A DNA stretch of 64,000 nucleotides, from positions 37,324,001-37,388,000 of the forward strand of contig NC_043002.1 in assembly GCF_006345805.1 (NCBI RefSeq), read 5' to 3'. The notes beneath the pieces are model-generated. The model made no database searches. It saw only the letters and a list, made by a program, of their open reading frames with translations, and was not told where the DNA came from. Shown piece by piece: positions 25,218 to 38,659 of this stretch; position 1 is the first letter of the stretch; every line of letters begins with the position of its first letter. Both the position numbers and the translations under genes were made by a program. Origin of the DNA: Octopus sinensis (lineage: Eukaryota).

Positions 25218-25850
25218 GAGGGCGATGAGCTGGTAGAAACTTTGGCACACGAGGTAAAATACTTAGTGGTATTTCATCTGTCTTTACATCCTGGGTTCAA
25301 ATTCTGCCGAGGTCGACTTTGCCTTTCATCCTTTCGGAGTTGATAAATTAGGTACCAGTTGCATACTGGGGTCGATCTAATTGACTGGCCCCCTCCTCAA
25401 AAATTTCGGGTTTTGTGCCTATAGTAAAAAGGGTTCTTCTTCTTATTATTATGATTATTAATCATTAGTACACCAGTCAAAAGGCTTAGTGGCATTTTGT
25501 CCATCTTTACATTTTGAGTTCGGATGCCACCGAGGTTGACTCTTGCCTTTCATCCTTTTGGGGTTGATAAATAAGCACCAGTTGAGTACTAGGGTCAATA
25601 TAATCGACTTATCCACTCCCCTGAACTAGCTAGTCTTGTAGAAAAATTTGGAACCATTATTACTATTATTATCATCATTTTTTTGTTGTTGTTGCTATTA
25701 TTGTTGTCATGCCCTTCATCCTTTCGGGGTCAATAAATAAAGTACCAGTTATGCACTGGGGTCGATGTAATCGACCTAATCCCTTTGTCTGTCTTTGTTT
25801 GTCCACTCTATGTTTAGCCCCTTATGGGCAATAAAGAAATATATAATTAC
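25218..25850 (+). mobile_element. Head-to-tail cluster of three family B SINEs in (TTA)n tracts
   Basis: Repeated ggttcaaattc(t/c)gccgaggtcgactttgcctttcatcctttcgg..taagtaccagtt..ctggggtcgat. Confidence 0.85.
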
Positions 25851-26094
25851 CATCATCATTATTATTATTATTATTATTATTATTAGTAGTAGTAGTAGTA
25901 GTGGCAGTAGCAGTAGTTCTACATTCACAATTTTGATGATTTTTTTTTTTTAATATGCAATGCCAATATGAGAATTTTCGAACATCTGCAGGTAATGTGG
26001 CTGACTGTTTTTCTCATTACACAAAATTTTTGAGAAGTAATAATGTCTGTACTTAGTTTTCTCATAACATATTCATCGAAATTTATGGGATTTG

Positions 26095-26244
26095 TGCCTG
26101 CATTTTCATATACATACATACATACCTACATACATTCATACATTCATATACATATATGCATACATACATACATATACATATATGCATACATACATACATG
26201 CATGCATACATACATACATATATGCATACATACATACATATATG

Positions 26245-26275
<31 letters not shown>

Positions 26276-26316
26276 GCATACATACATACATATATGCATA
26301 CATACATACATATATG

Positions 26317-26345
<29 letters not shown>
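26095..26345. repeat. (TACA)n / (TATGCATACA)n compound microsatellite
   Basis: Directly visible; source of the HTYI/MYVC ORFs. Confidence 0.95.
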
Positions 26346-26347
<2 letters not shown>

Positions 26348-26836
26348 GCATGTATAACACACACACACACGCACATATATATATCAATATATCATCATCA
26401 TCATCAATGATGATGACGATGATATATATATACACACACATATATATAGGCATATTTTTGCTTAATTGTTTTTCTCATCGGTGTGAATGCCCATTCACTA
26501 CATAAGCCTCTCTCTCTTTCCTCTTCTCTCTCTCTCTCCATATATATATATATATTATATATATATATATATTATATATATATATATACATATTTAATAT
26601 ATATTATTATATAGTATATGTGTGTGCGCATGTGTGTGTATAATATTTTACATGATCATATACTTGAGAAAAGGTGAATAAACTTAAAGAGTAGTCAATA
26701 CCTCAGACAGAGTAAATATTTAAAGTGCAGGGTTATAGTTCCAACTAATAGCATTCCATTACTCTGAGTGTTTCTAAATTATCTGAATATATAAAGATAC
26801 ACACACACACACATACATGCACACACACATGCATAT

Positions 26837-27192
26837 ACTCTTTACTCTTTTACTTGTTTCAGTCATTTGACTGCGGCCATGCTGGAGCACTGCCTTTAGT
26901 TGAGTAACTCGACCCCGGGACTTATTCTTTGTAAGCCCAGTATTTATTCTATCAGTCTCTTTTGCCAAACCACTAAGTGACGGGGACATAAACACACCAG
27001 CATCGGTTATCAAGCAATGCTAGGGGGACAAACACAACATACACACACACACATATAAATATATACATATATACGATGGGCTTCTTTCAGTTTCCATCTA
27101 CCAAATCCACTCACAAGGCTTTGGTCAGCCCGAGGCTATAGTAGAAGACACTTGCCCAAGGTGCCATGCAGTGGGACTGAACCCGGTACCAT
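26837..27192 (-). mobile_element. SINE family A copy (5'-truncated)
   Basis: Near-identical to the reverse complement of 37830-38184. Confidence 0.9.
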
Positions 27193-29021
27193 TACCCCTG
27201 TAACATTCGCCAGGTCTTCTAGTGATGATCATCTCGTCTTTTTTGATGTTACTGACATAGTGTATCTAGGATTACATTGTCCAGTATGTCATTCCCTTGA
27301 TTTATAGGCATTGAAATGTGATTCGAAGGAGATTTGGTCACTATTTCTAGCAAGAGGGCCAACTAAACTCAAGCACTTCTTTCAGCTTATATATAAGTAA
27401 AACATAAAATCACTCTTCATATTGCACTACATAAAAGTATTACAGAAATATCTTTCTGAGAATTTCGTTTATTGAAGCAGATATAAAAATATCTGCTAAA
27501 GAAATTAACATAGTAATCTGGTGTTCTTAGCTAACAAAACATTATGTATGAATCAAATGGGGGATTCTAAGACACACTGCTTGGTTTACCTCATATAACT
27601 CACTGCTATAACTTGAAAATGCTTACAGCTTTAGCTACAAGCACTTGACTATCATTATATATGTTCTGTATTGCTGCAGATTATGAAAGAAATTTAATGC
27701 TTTATAAAACGTTATTTAAACTGAGATAATAAAAGAGAAAAAAAATGACTGACTGACTGACTGCCTAAGTACCTACCTACCCATAAACCTACCCATCCAA
27801 TCCATCCACTATCAATGAGTCTATCTATCAATCTATCAGTCTATCTGCTTGTCTGTCTATCCATCCATCCATCCATCCATCTACCTACCTATCTGTCTGT
27901 CTGTCTGTTTATCTATCACATTGTTTAATACCCCTCTGCCAAAGGAATTATATAAATAATTCACTAGAAAAATTATTTCTTATAAGTTTTATCAAGAATA
28001 TTTTCCAAAGATGAATTTTAAGTATCTAATAAGCTTTCCTTTTTTGTTTTCTTTGTATAGAGTATAATCTGAATAAATTTTATTATTTATGTAAAGAATA
28101 GACTGTGTGTGAGTGAATTCATGTTTCCATGTGTGTGTATAAAGAATACAAAGTATCAAACTGTGCTTTAACGTATACTGTGAGAATATTGATAATAAAC
28201 ATCTTAACTTAGATGAAATTCATCCTATATATCTACTATGTGTATCAAACCAAAGTTGTCTTGCAGAAAGGATGTACTTGCATTGAATTAAGTAATCTCT
28301 GCATATGAGGTAATGTATATATATATATGTGTGTGTGTGTAGGTGCAGGAATTGTTATGTGGTAAGAAGCCTGCTTCGCAACCACAAGGTTCTAAGTTCA
28401 GTCCCAATGTGTGGTACCTTGGGCAAATGTCTCCTGCCAAAGCCTTGTGATTTGATAGACAGAAATTGTCAGAAATATATATATATATACATACATATAT
28501 CATCATCATCATCATCGTTTAACGTCCACTTTCCATGCTAGCATGGGTTGGATGATTTGACTGAGGACTGGCGAACTAGATGGCTGCACCAGGCTCCAAT
28601 CTTGATCTGGCAGTGTCTCTACGGCTGGATGCCCTTCCTAACGCCAACCACTCCGAGAGTGTAGTGGGTGCTTTTATGTGCCACCAGAACGAGGGCCAGT
28701 CAGGTGGTACTGGCAACGGCCATGGAAAAATCGTATTTTTATTTATTTATTTATTTATTTATATACATATACATATATGTTCTGGGGTCAATGTATTCGA
28801 CAAATTCTTCAAGGCAGTGCCCCAGCATGGCTGCAGTCTAATGACTGAAACACGTAAAAGAATAAGAGAATAAAGGAAATCTTTCACTCTGTCTATTTAT
28901 CTATCTATCAGTGCCAATGCATGAAACTCTTGAACCTTAATTCAATATGTTACTTCAGCTAAATATTAATACAAATACACACGCATATATACACACACAT
29001 TTACATACATACACACATACT

Positions 29022-29091
29022 TGCATCATCATCATCGTTTAACATCCACTAGCATGGAAAGCTGACGTTAAACGATGATGATGATGATGCA
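29022..29091. repeat. Inverted pair of RTE (GAT)n tails
   Basis: tgcatcatcatcatcgtttaac ... gttaaacgatgatgatgatgatgca. Confidence 0.85.
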
Positions 29092-29181
29092 TGTATGTGT
29101 GTATATGTGTGCGTGTATAAATATTTATATAATTTAGTTACAAGGATTCATTAAAATTAAGCCACATCAACATGTGTGACA

Positions 29182-29478
29182 GTGGAGGCACATGGCCTAG
29201 TGGTTAGAGCAGCAGACTCGTGGTCGAGGGATTGCGGGTTCGAATCTCAGACCGGGTGATGTGTGTGTTTATGAGTGAAACACCTAAGCTGCACGTGGCT
29301 ATGGCAGAAAGTAATGGCGAACTTCTGCTGACTCTTTCACCACAACTTTCTCTTACTCTTTCCTCCTGCATCTTGCAGCTCACCTGCGACAGACCAGCGT
29401 CCCATCCAGGTGGGGAACCTATACATCAAGGAAACCGGGAAATAGGCCCTTATGAGCCAGGCATAGCTTGAGTAGAAA
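29182..29478 (+). mobile_element. tRNA-derived SINE, family C
   Basis: A-box tggcctagtggttaga, B-box ggttcgaatctc; co-linear with 61109-61413. Confidence 0.9.
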
Positions 29479-30141
29479 GAAGGAACATGTATGACACTAG
29501 AAATGGCTAGGTGCAATAAAATTGAGCACACAGTGAGGTAAACATCATTGAAGACATTGAGTGTTGGTACGATATAGTAAATATGCAAGTGGTTGGTCTT
29601 GGGGTGGGTTAGGCAACAGTGGATACAAATGTTGTTTAAAATTTATGACAGCTGTTTCGGTAAAATCATGTTAATTTTTATCAATAATATTATTATTATG
29701 AACTTCTGGTGATGCATGCACAATGATATAGAATAGCCCCTTTTAAACTGTCCCCAAATCACCTTTAATTCAATGGTACTGTCTTTTAAAAATTTGGAAA
29801 GTGATATTGGATAAGGTAGATTTTCACATGCGCGAGTACACACAGATACACACACATACACACACACGTACAGGACTCTATTTAAGTAATGTATGCATGC
29901 ATATATACATATACACATACACACACGCATATATATGTGCATTTATATATGTATTTATGTATATGTACAATATATACATATGTATGTGTGTATCTATCTG
30001 TCTGTCTGTCTATCTATCTATCTATATATATATAAATATATATATACATACGCACACAAACACACACACACTCAAGCAATTATAGCAACGCATAAATTAT
30101 TTATGTATAAATAAGTAATTTCTTGCATGTATTAATTGCAG

Positions 30142-30297
30142 AATCAATAAGCAAATTTTAAAAGAAAGCTACAATGCTGTTGAGGCAATGATGTTTGAAA
30201 TTTTATGCAAAATCATTCCAACAATGAAAAAAAATGATACTACTAATATCCTAAAAAATTATCTCCTGAGAGAAGCTGACAAAAACATTATCTCAAA
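30142..30297 (+). CDS. Candidate exon (INKQILKESYNAVEAMMFEILCKIIPTMKKNDTTNILKNYLLREADKNIIS), product unknown
   Basis: Acceptor ttcttgcatgtattaattgcag|, 52 open codons in one frame only, weak donor aa|gtgaaa; unique sequence. Confidence 0.22.
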
Positions 30298-30689
30298 GTG
30301 AAATGTAAGAGACTGTAATTTAGATTGGGTATAAATTGTAATCTCCATGATTTTCTTTAAGTGCTTCTGAGACTGGCAGTGGGAAAAAATAATGAAGAAA
30401 TTGTTCATTTGTTGCTTCAGGAAGTTTTGAGTTGCCCTTGGAGTGTATGACTCGTTCAAAAGCTTGTAACATAAAGCCTGATGAGTTACAGACTTATGCT
30501 GTAGCTGTTACCCTGTGAAGTTCTGGTGGGTAAGATTAGGGACAACTAGAAGAATGAAATTTGCTTTATGAAGTAATCTTTTATAGTCTTGGAATAACAG
30601 AATTTTCTCCAGTTCTGATTTAGGATGTTATATCCATAAGTAGCATGCATTATCTCACAGGTTGATATCATATGAGGCCAGATGAATAT

Positions 30690-30994
30690 CACTGTGATCA
30701 CTGTGACTGACCAGGCTATCAGATACTGCTACACATCGCTGGTTACAATGCGGTTCACATTGTTTTAGCCTTCAAATGACACTACCCCGCTGGCTAAGCA
30801 AGCAGACCAACAGAAGAAAGAGTGAGAGAAAGTTGTGGTGAAAGAGTACAACAGGGATCACCACCACCCCCTGTCAGAGCCTCGTGGAGCTTTAGGTGTT
30901 TTCGCGCAATAAACACTCACCATGCCCGGTCTGGGAATCGAAACCGCGATCCTATAACCACAAGTCCGCTGCCCTAACCACTGGGCCATTGTGC
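30690..30994 (-). mobile_element. Family C-related SINE with a ~21-bp TSD
   Basis: catatgaggccagatgaatat at 30669-30689 and 30995-31015; head shared with 52027-52335. Confidence 0.9.
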
Positions 30995-32039
30995 CATATG
31001 AGGCCAGATGAATATGACTACAATAAAAGTGAGGATAGAACATGCTTATCCTTTAGTAGGATTTGATTTAGTCCTTATTAAGAGAAACAGGAAAAAAAAA
31101 ATCAATCAGCCAATAACAAATTATATGTATGTATTCTACTGAGTTAAATTCTATATATGTGTTCCTGGATTTTAGAATAAGTACTCAATTTCTTTATCTA
31201 TCATAAGAGGTGATAAAAGATTTGGCATCTGGAAAGGCAACTGGTTGTAAAACACTTTCTTCAAAAAGTCTTGTACAGAACATTCTAGCTTGGAAAAGCA
31301 GATGTAAAAATGATGGTTATGGTTCTGCTGAATCAATAACCAATGTATTAGTTTAGGTACACATGAGTACATATGATAGCTGAGCTAAAACTAGTTGGTG
31401 AAATGGTGGAGTGTGTTAACTTTTATCGTCAGTAGTGTTGGCACCATAAAAGCAATTTTAAGTTATGTGCATCAAAATATTAGAGCTGACAGCAGAAAGG
31501 GAAGAGACAAATTCTTGATTGAGAAAAATGAAACAATCAGAATTTCGGAGTATTTTGTCTGGTTGTATTCTTAACAAATGCCCATATAAGAAAAAAAAAA
31601 AGAAAAACAAAACAGATAAAAGCTAGTTATTTCAAACAATGATCTAACTAGACAAATTTCGAATTGATTCATGGCAATGTTAGCATAACCAGTCGCCTTG
31701 ATTTCAGGTAATTACCTTTGATTACTTCAATAGAGGTAAACTCCAAAGCACTTGTGGATTGTATTTCTATGTTATTTGTTCTCCAAACAATTCCGGAAAA
31801 ACTATGTCTACCTTGATATATTCAATATTCTAGTGATTAAAATGAAAATAAATAAGTGTAACCCTTAACAAGATTAATAAGATATGCTATGGATGAATGC
31901 TTTCATGGTTGACAGAATGGAATTTCATATTAGTGTAACATAGTTTCTATTTTTGATCTTCGAAAGTAAAGTTAGCTCAGAATTATATTACTCCATAACT
32001 GAACAATTCACCGATTCTAATTTCTATAACAAAAGAATT

Positions 32040-33415
32040 ACAGGCATAGCTCTGTGGTTAAGAAGCACGCTTTGCAGTCATGTGGTTTCAGGTTCAGTTC
32101 CACTATTTTGCATCTTGAGCAAGTGTCTTTTTTTTTAATAGCCCCAGATTGACTAAGTTTTATCAATGAATTTAGCAGATGAAAGTGTGTGGTAGCTTGA
32201 TGTATACACACACACACACACACATATATATACAATATGTATATATCTATGTGTGTGTGTATATGTATACATTCATACATAAATGTTTGTGTGTGTGTGT
32301 ATTTATATTTGTGTTTCTCACCCCATCCCCAGTGTGTGTGTGCACGTGTGTGTGCACGTGTGTGTATATGTGTGTCTGTGTGTTTGTTCACCACCACTAT
32401 CACCACTACCATTGCTTGACAACCAGAGTTGATTTGTTTACGTCGCTTGTAACTTAGTGGTTCAGCAAACGAGAGCAACAGAATAAGAGCCAGACATAAA
32501 AATAGGAATTGGAGTTGGACTGTTTGATTAAAACCATCCAATGTGGTACTCCAGCATGGCTTCAGTCCATCAACTGAAGCAAGCAAAATATTTAAACAAA
32601 AATAATTGATGGACAACAAATCAATAAAATGAAATATATTTGCTACATTTTTTGCAAAATCATTTATATCAGGTGCGGCTGTGTGGTAAGAAGCTTGCTC
32701 CTCAACCACATAGTTCTGGGTTCAGTCCCACTGCATGGCATCTTTGACAAGTGTCTTCTACTATAGCCTCGGGCTGACCAAAGCTTTGTAAGTGGATTTG
32801 GTGGATGGAAACTGAAAGAAGCCTGTCATGTATATATGTATATATTTGTGTGTTTGTCTCTGTGTTTGTCCTACACCCACCATCGCTTCACAACCGATTT
32901 TGGTGTGTTTAGATCCCCATAATTTAGTGGTTCAGCAAAAGATTCCAATAGCGTAAGTGCTAGGCTTACAAAGAGTAAGCCCTAGGGTCGATTTGTTCGA
33001 CTAAAATCCCTTAACGTGGTTCTCCAGCATGGTCACAGACAAGTGACTGAAACAAATAAAAGAATAAAAGAATATATATAAGGCACATGGCTCAGTGGTT
33101 AGAGTGCCGAGCTCACAATCGTGAGGTTGTGAGCTCGAATCCCGGACTGGGTTGTGTGTTGTGTTCTTGAGCAAGACACTTTATTTCACGTTGCTCCAGT
33201 TCACTCAGCTGTAGAAATGAGTTGCAATGTCACAGGTGCCAAGCTGTATCTGCCATTGCCTTTCCCTTGGATAACATCAGTGGCGTGGAGAAGGGAGGCC
33301 GGTATGCATGGGTGACTGCTGGTCTTCCATTAACAACCTTTCCCAGACTTGTGCCTGGGAGGGTAACTTTCTAGGTGCGATCCCATGGTCAGTGTCGTGA
33401 CCGAAGGGGGTCTCA
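32040..33415 (+). mobile_element. Three adjacent SINEs: family A (32040-32590), family A (32671-33073), family D (33081-33415)
   Basis: Each has a tRNA-like A/B-box head and a family-specific tail. Confidence 0.85.
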
Positions 33416-33487
33416 GATACATATATATACATATATATATATAGGTGTTATTGCATTAAGAATATACTATAAGTTTCTTGTTTGTAG

Positions 33488-33652
33488 TGTCAGGAGTGTT
33501 AGTAGCTTTAAAATGTCTTACCTTACAAAAGAGGATACAGTAAACAAAAGCTTCATAATAATTATGACTAAGAATGCCTTGAGAACATGTCGCCAAAACA
33601 TTTTCATCAAAAACACATTATTTGCATTTTGTGCATTTTATCAAGCTTTGTG
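33488..33652 (+). CDS. Candidate exon (VRSVSSFKMSYLTKEDTVNKSFIIIMTKNALRTCRQNIFIKNTLFAFCAFYQAL), product unknown
   Basis: Acceptor aagtttcttgtttgtag|, donor tg|gtatgt, 165 nt, phase-symmetric open frame. A competing minus-strand reading exists. Confidence 0.25.
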
Positions 33653-34030
33653 GTATGTTATTGGTAACTGCTGATAATGATAACTAGTATGCCTCATGTT
33701 TATTCAATTTTTACATTCTCTTGTCAAAAGTATTTTCAAAGACTGATGAAAGCAATCATCATCCTTTCATGGAATTATCTTTGAAAGCATTAATCTTGAT
33801 TCCATATATCTCAAGTTAAATGAGCATTTATATATATATATGTATGTATATACTTAGAACCAATGTTGTAAATATATATATATATATATATACTTACAAC
33901 ACACATATATACATGCACACACGTACACATAAATATAAGTATGGATGTATGTGTATATATATATATGTGTGTGTGCACATATATATATGTATAAATATAT
34001 GTACATATCTATGTATCTAGCTATCTGTCC

Positions 34031-34085
<55 letters not shown>

Positions 34086-34576
34086 AAGAGAGAGATTGAT
34101 ATGTATGTACATATATACATATATGTACATACATAACATATATACAAACAAATGTATGTATAAACACATATATACACATGCATACATACATACATATATA
34201 TATACATATATATACATATATAATATCTATATAAATAAAAATATATATGTGTGTATACATACATACACACACAGATATATATATATATATATATATATGA
34301 ATGCTCATTTAACTTGAAATATATAGAATCATGTGTGTAAGTATAGAACAGAAGAAAAAAAAAAGGAAAGGAAAGAACAAATAAAAAGAAAGTGTAAAGG
34401 AATCTACATAAAATCTACATATATCCAACAAGCAATAACTGATCTCAGACAATATTTTGCTGTCAGAAACATATCAATGTAAAATTACTCATAACTGTTT
34501 GACAGATGAAATGGCACCTTCATTTTTTTAATATATAAATTCAGAAAAGAAAAATTGTTCAATTTCACACACACAC

Positions 34577-34649
<73 letters not shown>

Positions 34650-34820
34650 CAAGCATGTATGTATATATATATATAGAGATAAACATCTGCATGTGTGTGT
34701 ATATCTATATATATATACACTTAATATATATTGTGTATGTATATATACACAACCTAAATATATCATCTCTCTCTCTATATATATATGAACATTTATGTGT
34801 GTATATATATATATATATAT

Positions 34821-35870
34821 AGGCGCAGGCATAGCATATTGGTGCAGGCATGCCTGTGTAATAAGAAGCTTGCTTCCCAGCCATATGGCTCCAGGTTCAG
34901 TCCCACTGCATGGCACCCTGGGCAAGTGCCTTCTACTATAGCCTCGGGATGACCAAAGCCTTTTGAGTGGATTTGGTAGATGGAAACTTTAGGAAGCCCA
35001 TTATATATATATATATATATGTATACTTACGTGTGTATATATATATTATATATGTATGCATGTTTATGTGTGTGACTTTGTGCCTGTGTTTGTCCCCACC
35101 ACCATCATTTGACAACCAATGTTGGTGTGTTTACATCTCTGTAACTTTGCAGTTCAGCAAAAGAAGTCGATTGAATAAGTAACAGGGTTACAAAGAATAA
35201 GTCCTGGGGTCGATTACTTTAACTAAAAGGCAGTGCTCCAGCATGGCTGCAGTCAAAATGACTGAATTAAGTAAAAGAATAAAAGGAAAAATATATGCTT
35301 GTGTGTGTGTGTATTGATAGAGCAATGCCTCAACTCTTGTCAACTGTAGTGGCTCTTTCATGACATACACCATGCCTTGGCTATTTTGAATCTGTCAAAG
35401 CTCATTCCCTTGCCATGTTTGAACATAGCAAGAGAGAAGAATTGATTTCATTGTGTGATTGGTATTTTATTTATCAACCTGAAATGAGGAAAAAAATAGT
35501 TATCCACAGGCACAGGCATGGTTTTATGGTAAGAAGCTTGCTTCCTCACCACATAGTTCCAGGAAAGTGCCTTCTACTGTAGCCTCAGGCTGACTAAAAC
35601 CTTGTGAGTGGATTTGATAAATAGAAACTGAAAGAAGCCTATCGTATATATGTGTATATATACATATATATCTACATGTGTGTGGCTTTGTGTCTGTGTT
35701 TTTTGTCTCCCACCACCACTTGACAAATGGTGTTGGTGTGTTTATATCTCTGTAACTTAGTGGTTTGACAAAATAGACTGACATAATAAATATTGGGCTT
35801 AACAAAATGTAAGTACTGGGATTGATCCATTTGACTAAAACATGAATTGTTCAAGGCAGTGCTCCAGCAT
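34821..35870 (+). mobile_element. Two family A SINE copies (34821-35290, 35506-35870)
   Basis: Family A head, body and tail motifs. Confidence 0.85.
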
Positions 35871-36131
35871 GGTGGTAGTCTAATAACTGAAGGAAATAAA
35901 AGATAAAAGGCACACACATTCAAAAGAGTATGCACTGTACACATACAGTAAGTCCTCTCTGTTACTTGAGCCTTTGTGAAGTTATTTTGTAGACATTATT
36001 TGAAACTTCTGTGGTTCTTTCAGTACTTTTTCAATGGCTTTGGGAAAGGAATAAGAGAACAGTCTTCAATGGATTCTTGTTGGCCTCCATGACAGATGAA
36101 TAGGAAAGTGGGGAGTTAAAAACAACCCATG

Positions 36132-36145
36132 GTTACCATAGCAAC
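36132..36145. promoter_or_regulatory. RFX X-box-like palindrome GTTACCATAGCAAC
   Basis: Matches the GTHNYY-AT-RRNAAC consensus, in unique sequence. Confidence 0.4.
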
Positions 36146-36228
36146 AAAGAGTACAGCTTAATGTCAAGCAGATGTTTCAATCCATCTGAAAGGCTTCCAT
36201 ACAGTTTTGGTTTACCCAAGGCTTAGAG

Positions 36229-36579
36229 CAGTAGTTCTCAATTGGAGTCCATGTGGTCCCTATGTGTCTATATAAGATTTTGGAGTATCCACACAACAAA
36301 ATGGTAAACTGGTGATCCAAAATATTCTAAGACCCTTGAAAAGATTTTGCTTCAGATGTATGTTTGGTATGTATTGCAAGAGACAGCTTGGTTTCCTTCT
36401 CTAACATTTTACATAATTGAACCTACACGAGTGAATGTGTGAAAAACAAAATAAGAATTTTGAAAGAAGTTTCTATAAAACTAGTTTTTAAACATCGACT
36501 GGCTATTGGGGGTGGGGATTTATCAGAATAAAATAGCAATCAAAGGGGTCTATAGATAAAAAATAGTTAAGAACCCTTG
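36229..36579. mobile_element. hAT-Charlie-type MITE
   Basis: TIRs cagtagttctcaa / ttaagaacccttg; perfect 8-bp TSD gcttagag at 36221-36228 and 36580-36587, with central TA. Confidence 0.9.
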
Positions 36580-36764
36580 GCTTAGAGCAACACTAGACTA
36601 TGATACAAACTTACAAACAGCTTTCTCAAGCTGCTACATCATGGGATTAAACTTGAAAATACAAAGCTTTTTCGACACACTTTACTGTAGACAGATTCAG
36701 TTCAATAATGTATTGCATTACTTGTGTGCATGATGTCATGCATTTAATATTTAATATTCAGCAT

Positions 36765-37570
36765 TAAGAAGGCAGCAAACTGGCAGAATTGTTAGCACAC
36801 TGGGTGAAATGCCTAGTGGTATTTCTATAAAACTAGTTGGCAGAAACATTAGCACGCCGGGCAAAATGCCTAGCGGTATTTCGTCTGTTGCTACGTTCTG
36901 AGTTCAAATTCCACCGATGTCGACTTTGCCTTTCATCCTTTCGGGGTCGATTAAATACGTACCAGTTACGCACTGGGGTCGATATAATCGACTTAATCCA
37001 TTTGTCTGTCCTTGTTTGTCCTCTCTGTGTTTAGCCCCTTGTGGGTAGTAAAGAAATAGAAATAGGTATTTCGTCTGTCTTTATGTTTAAATTCCGCTGA
37101 GGTTGACTTTGCCCTTCATTCTTTCAGGGTCAATAAATTAAGTTCCAGTTGTGAACTGGGATTGATCTAATGGACTGGCCACCTACCCCAAATTTTCGGG
37201 CCTTGTGCCCAGAATAGAAAAGAATATTCAGCATTAAGATGGGGAGCTGGCAGAATCATTAGTATACTGAACATAATGTTTTGTGGCATTTTATCTTTAC
37301 TACATTTTACATTCAAGTTCCGTCAAGGGTAACTTTGCCTTTCATCCTTTTGGGGTTGATAAAGTAAGTACCACGTGAGCACTGGGGCTGATGTAATCAG
37401 CTTATCTCCTCCCTGAACTTGCTGACCTTGTGTCAAAACTTGAAACCAATATTTAATATTGGCGGGATGGGTAAATCGATAACAATGACTCCAGTGCTTA
37501 ACTGGTACTTATTTTTTCGATTTCGAAAGGGTGAAAGGCAAAGTTGACGTTGGTAATATTTGAACTCAGA
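36765..37570 (+). mobile_element. Array of family B SINE copies (best copy 36838-37063), ending in an inverted copy at ~37470-37570
   Basis: Heads at ~36765, 36838, 37065 (truncated) and 37243. Confidence 0.85.
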
Positions 37571-37790
37571 GCATAAAGACAAGCAAAATGCACTAAACAT
37601 TTTAGTCAGCAAGCTAATGATTCTGCTAGTGCCTCTTGCCTTAGACCAATACTTAATATTCAGCTACATTCATTGTTTTGTTTTGTTAGTAAGATATATT
37701 ACTACCGCCCCTTTTTTTTTAAAGTTCTTGCAATCATTGATGACATTAAACATAAATGAAAGCAATTTGCTGACAATTGTTTACTAAACT

Positions 37791-38184
37791 TGGCTGTGTG
37801 GTAAGTAGCTTGCTAACCAACCACATGGTTCTGGGTTCAGTCCCACTGCGTGGCATCTTGGGCAAGTGTCTTCTACTATAGCCCCGGGCCGACCAATGCC
37901 TTGTGAGTGGATTTGGTAGACGGAAACTGAAAGAAGCCTGTCGTATATATATATGTATGTGTATGTGTTTGTGTGTCTGTGTTTGTACCCCTAGCATTGC
38001 TTGACAATCGATGCTGGTGTGTTTACGTCCCCGTCACTTAGCGGTTCGGCAAAAGAGACCGATAGAATAAGTACTGGGCTTACAAAGAATAAGTCCCGGG
38101 GTCAAGTTGCTCGACTAAAGGCGGTGCTCCAGCATGGCCGCAGTCAAATGACAGAAACATGTAAAAGAGTAAAAGAGTAAAGAG
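37791..38184 (+). mobile_element. Young full-length family A SINE
   Basis: tRNA-like head, CORE-like segment, internal microsatellite, (aaagagt)n tail; CpGs largely intact. Confidence 0.92.
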
Positions 38185-38659
38185 TATACCCAGAAAAAGG
38201 AATATACACGGGTGGGTTATTCAGCAAAAATATCTTCATTGACTGAGACATGAAATTTTGCCCTGCTAACTTCCTGATCATTATACAAAAGTATAATGAA
38301 AAAACTGAGTTGAGTAAATTTGAACAAGCTCAACATGATGATGTGTCTCATGCTTGGTGAAAATAGAGCACTACTCTTCCTACCCTGGTGACAGTTTAGC
38401 ACAAAATAAAATATCCAGAAGTAATTCTTTCAATTAACAGATCTATTCAACAAATATCTGCAAATTTCATTGGAAGTGTATTAGAAAAAGCTCAATTTGT
38501 TTTTAATCTCTCTGTCTCTCTTTTCTTCTCTCAATACTATAGAAGAGAAGCAATGATGAAATGGATATGATACTGAACAACACAGTATGATTACACAGTA
38601 AACTTTTGGTATTATCAGGATAATGGTTGTTAGAGTGCAATTGCTATTGTAGTAATAGT

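Noticed and set aside
29182-29260. tRNA-like sequences here and at 19740-19815, 33081-33150, 52027-52105 and 61109-61190
   Set aside because: A/B boxes are present but there is no complete cloverleaf, and each continues into a SINE body; these are SINE heads, not tRNA genes.
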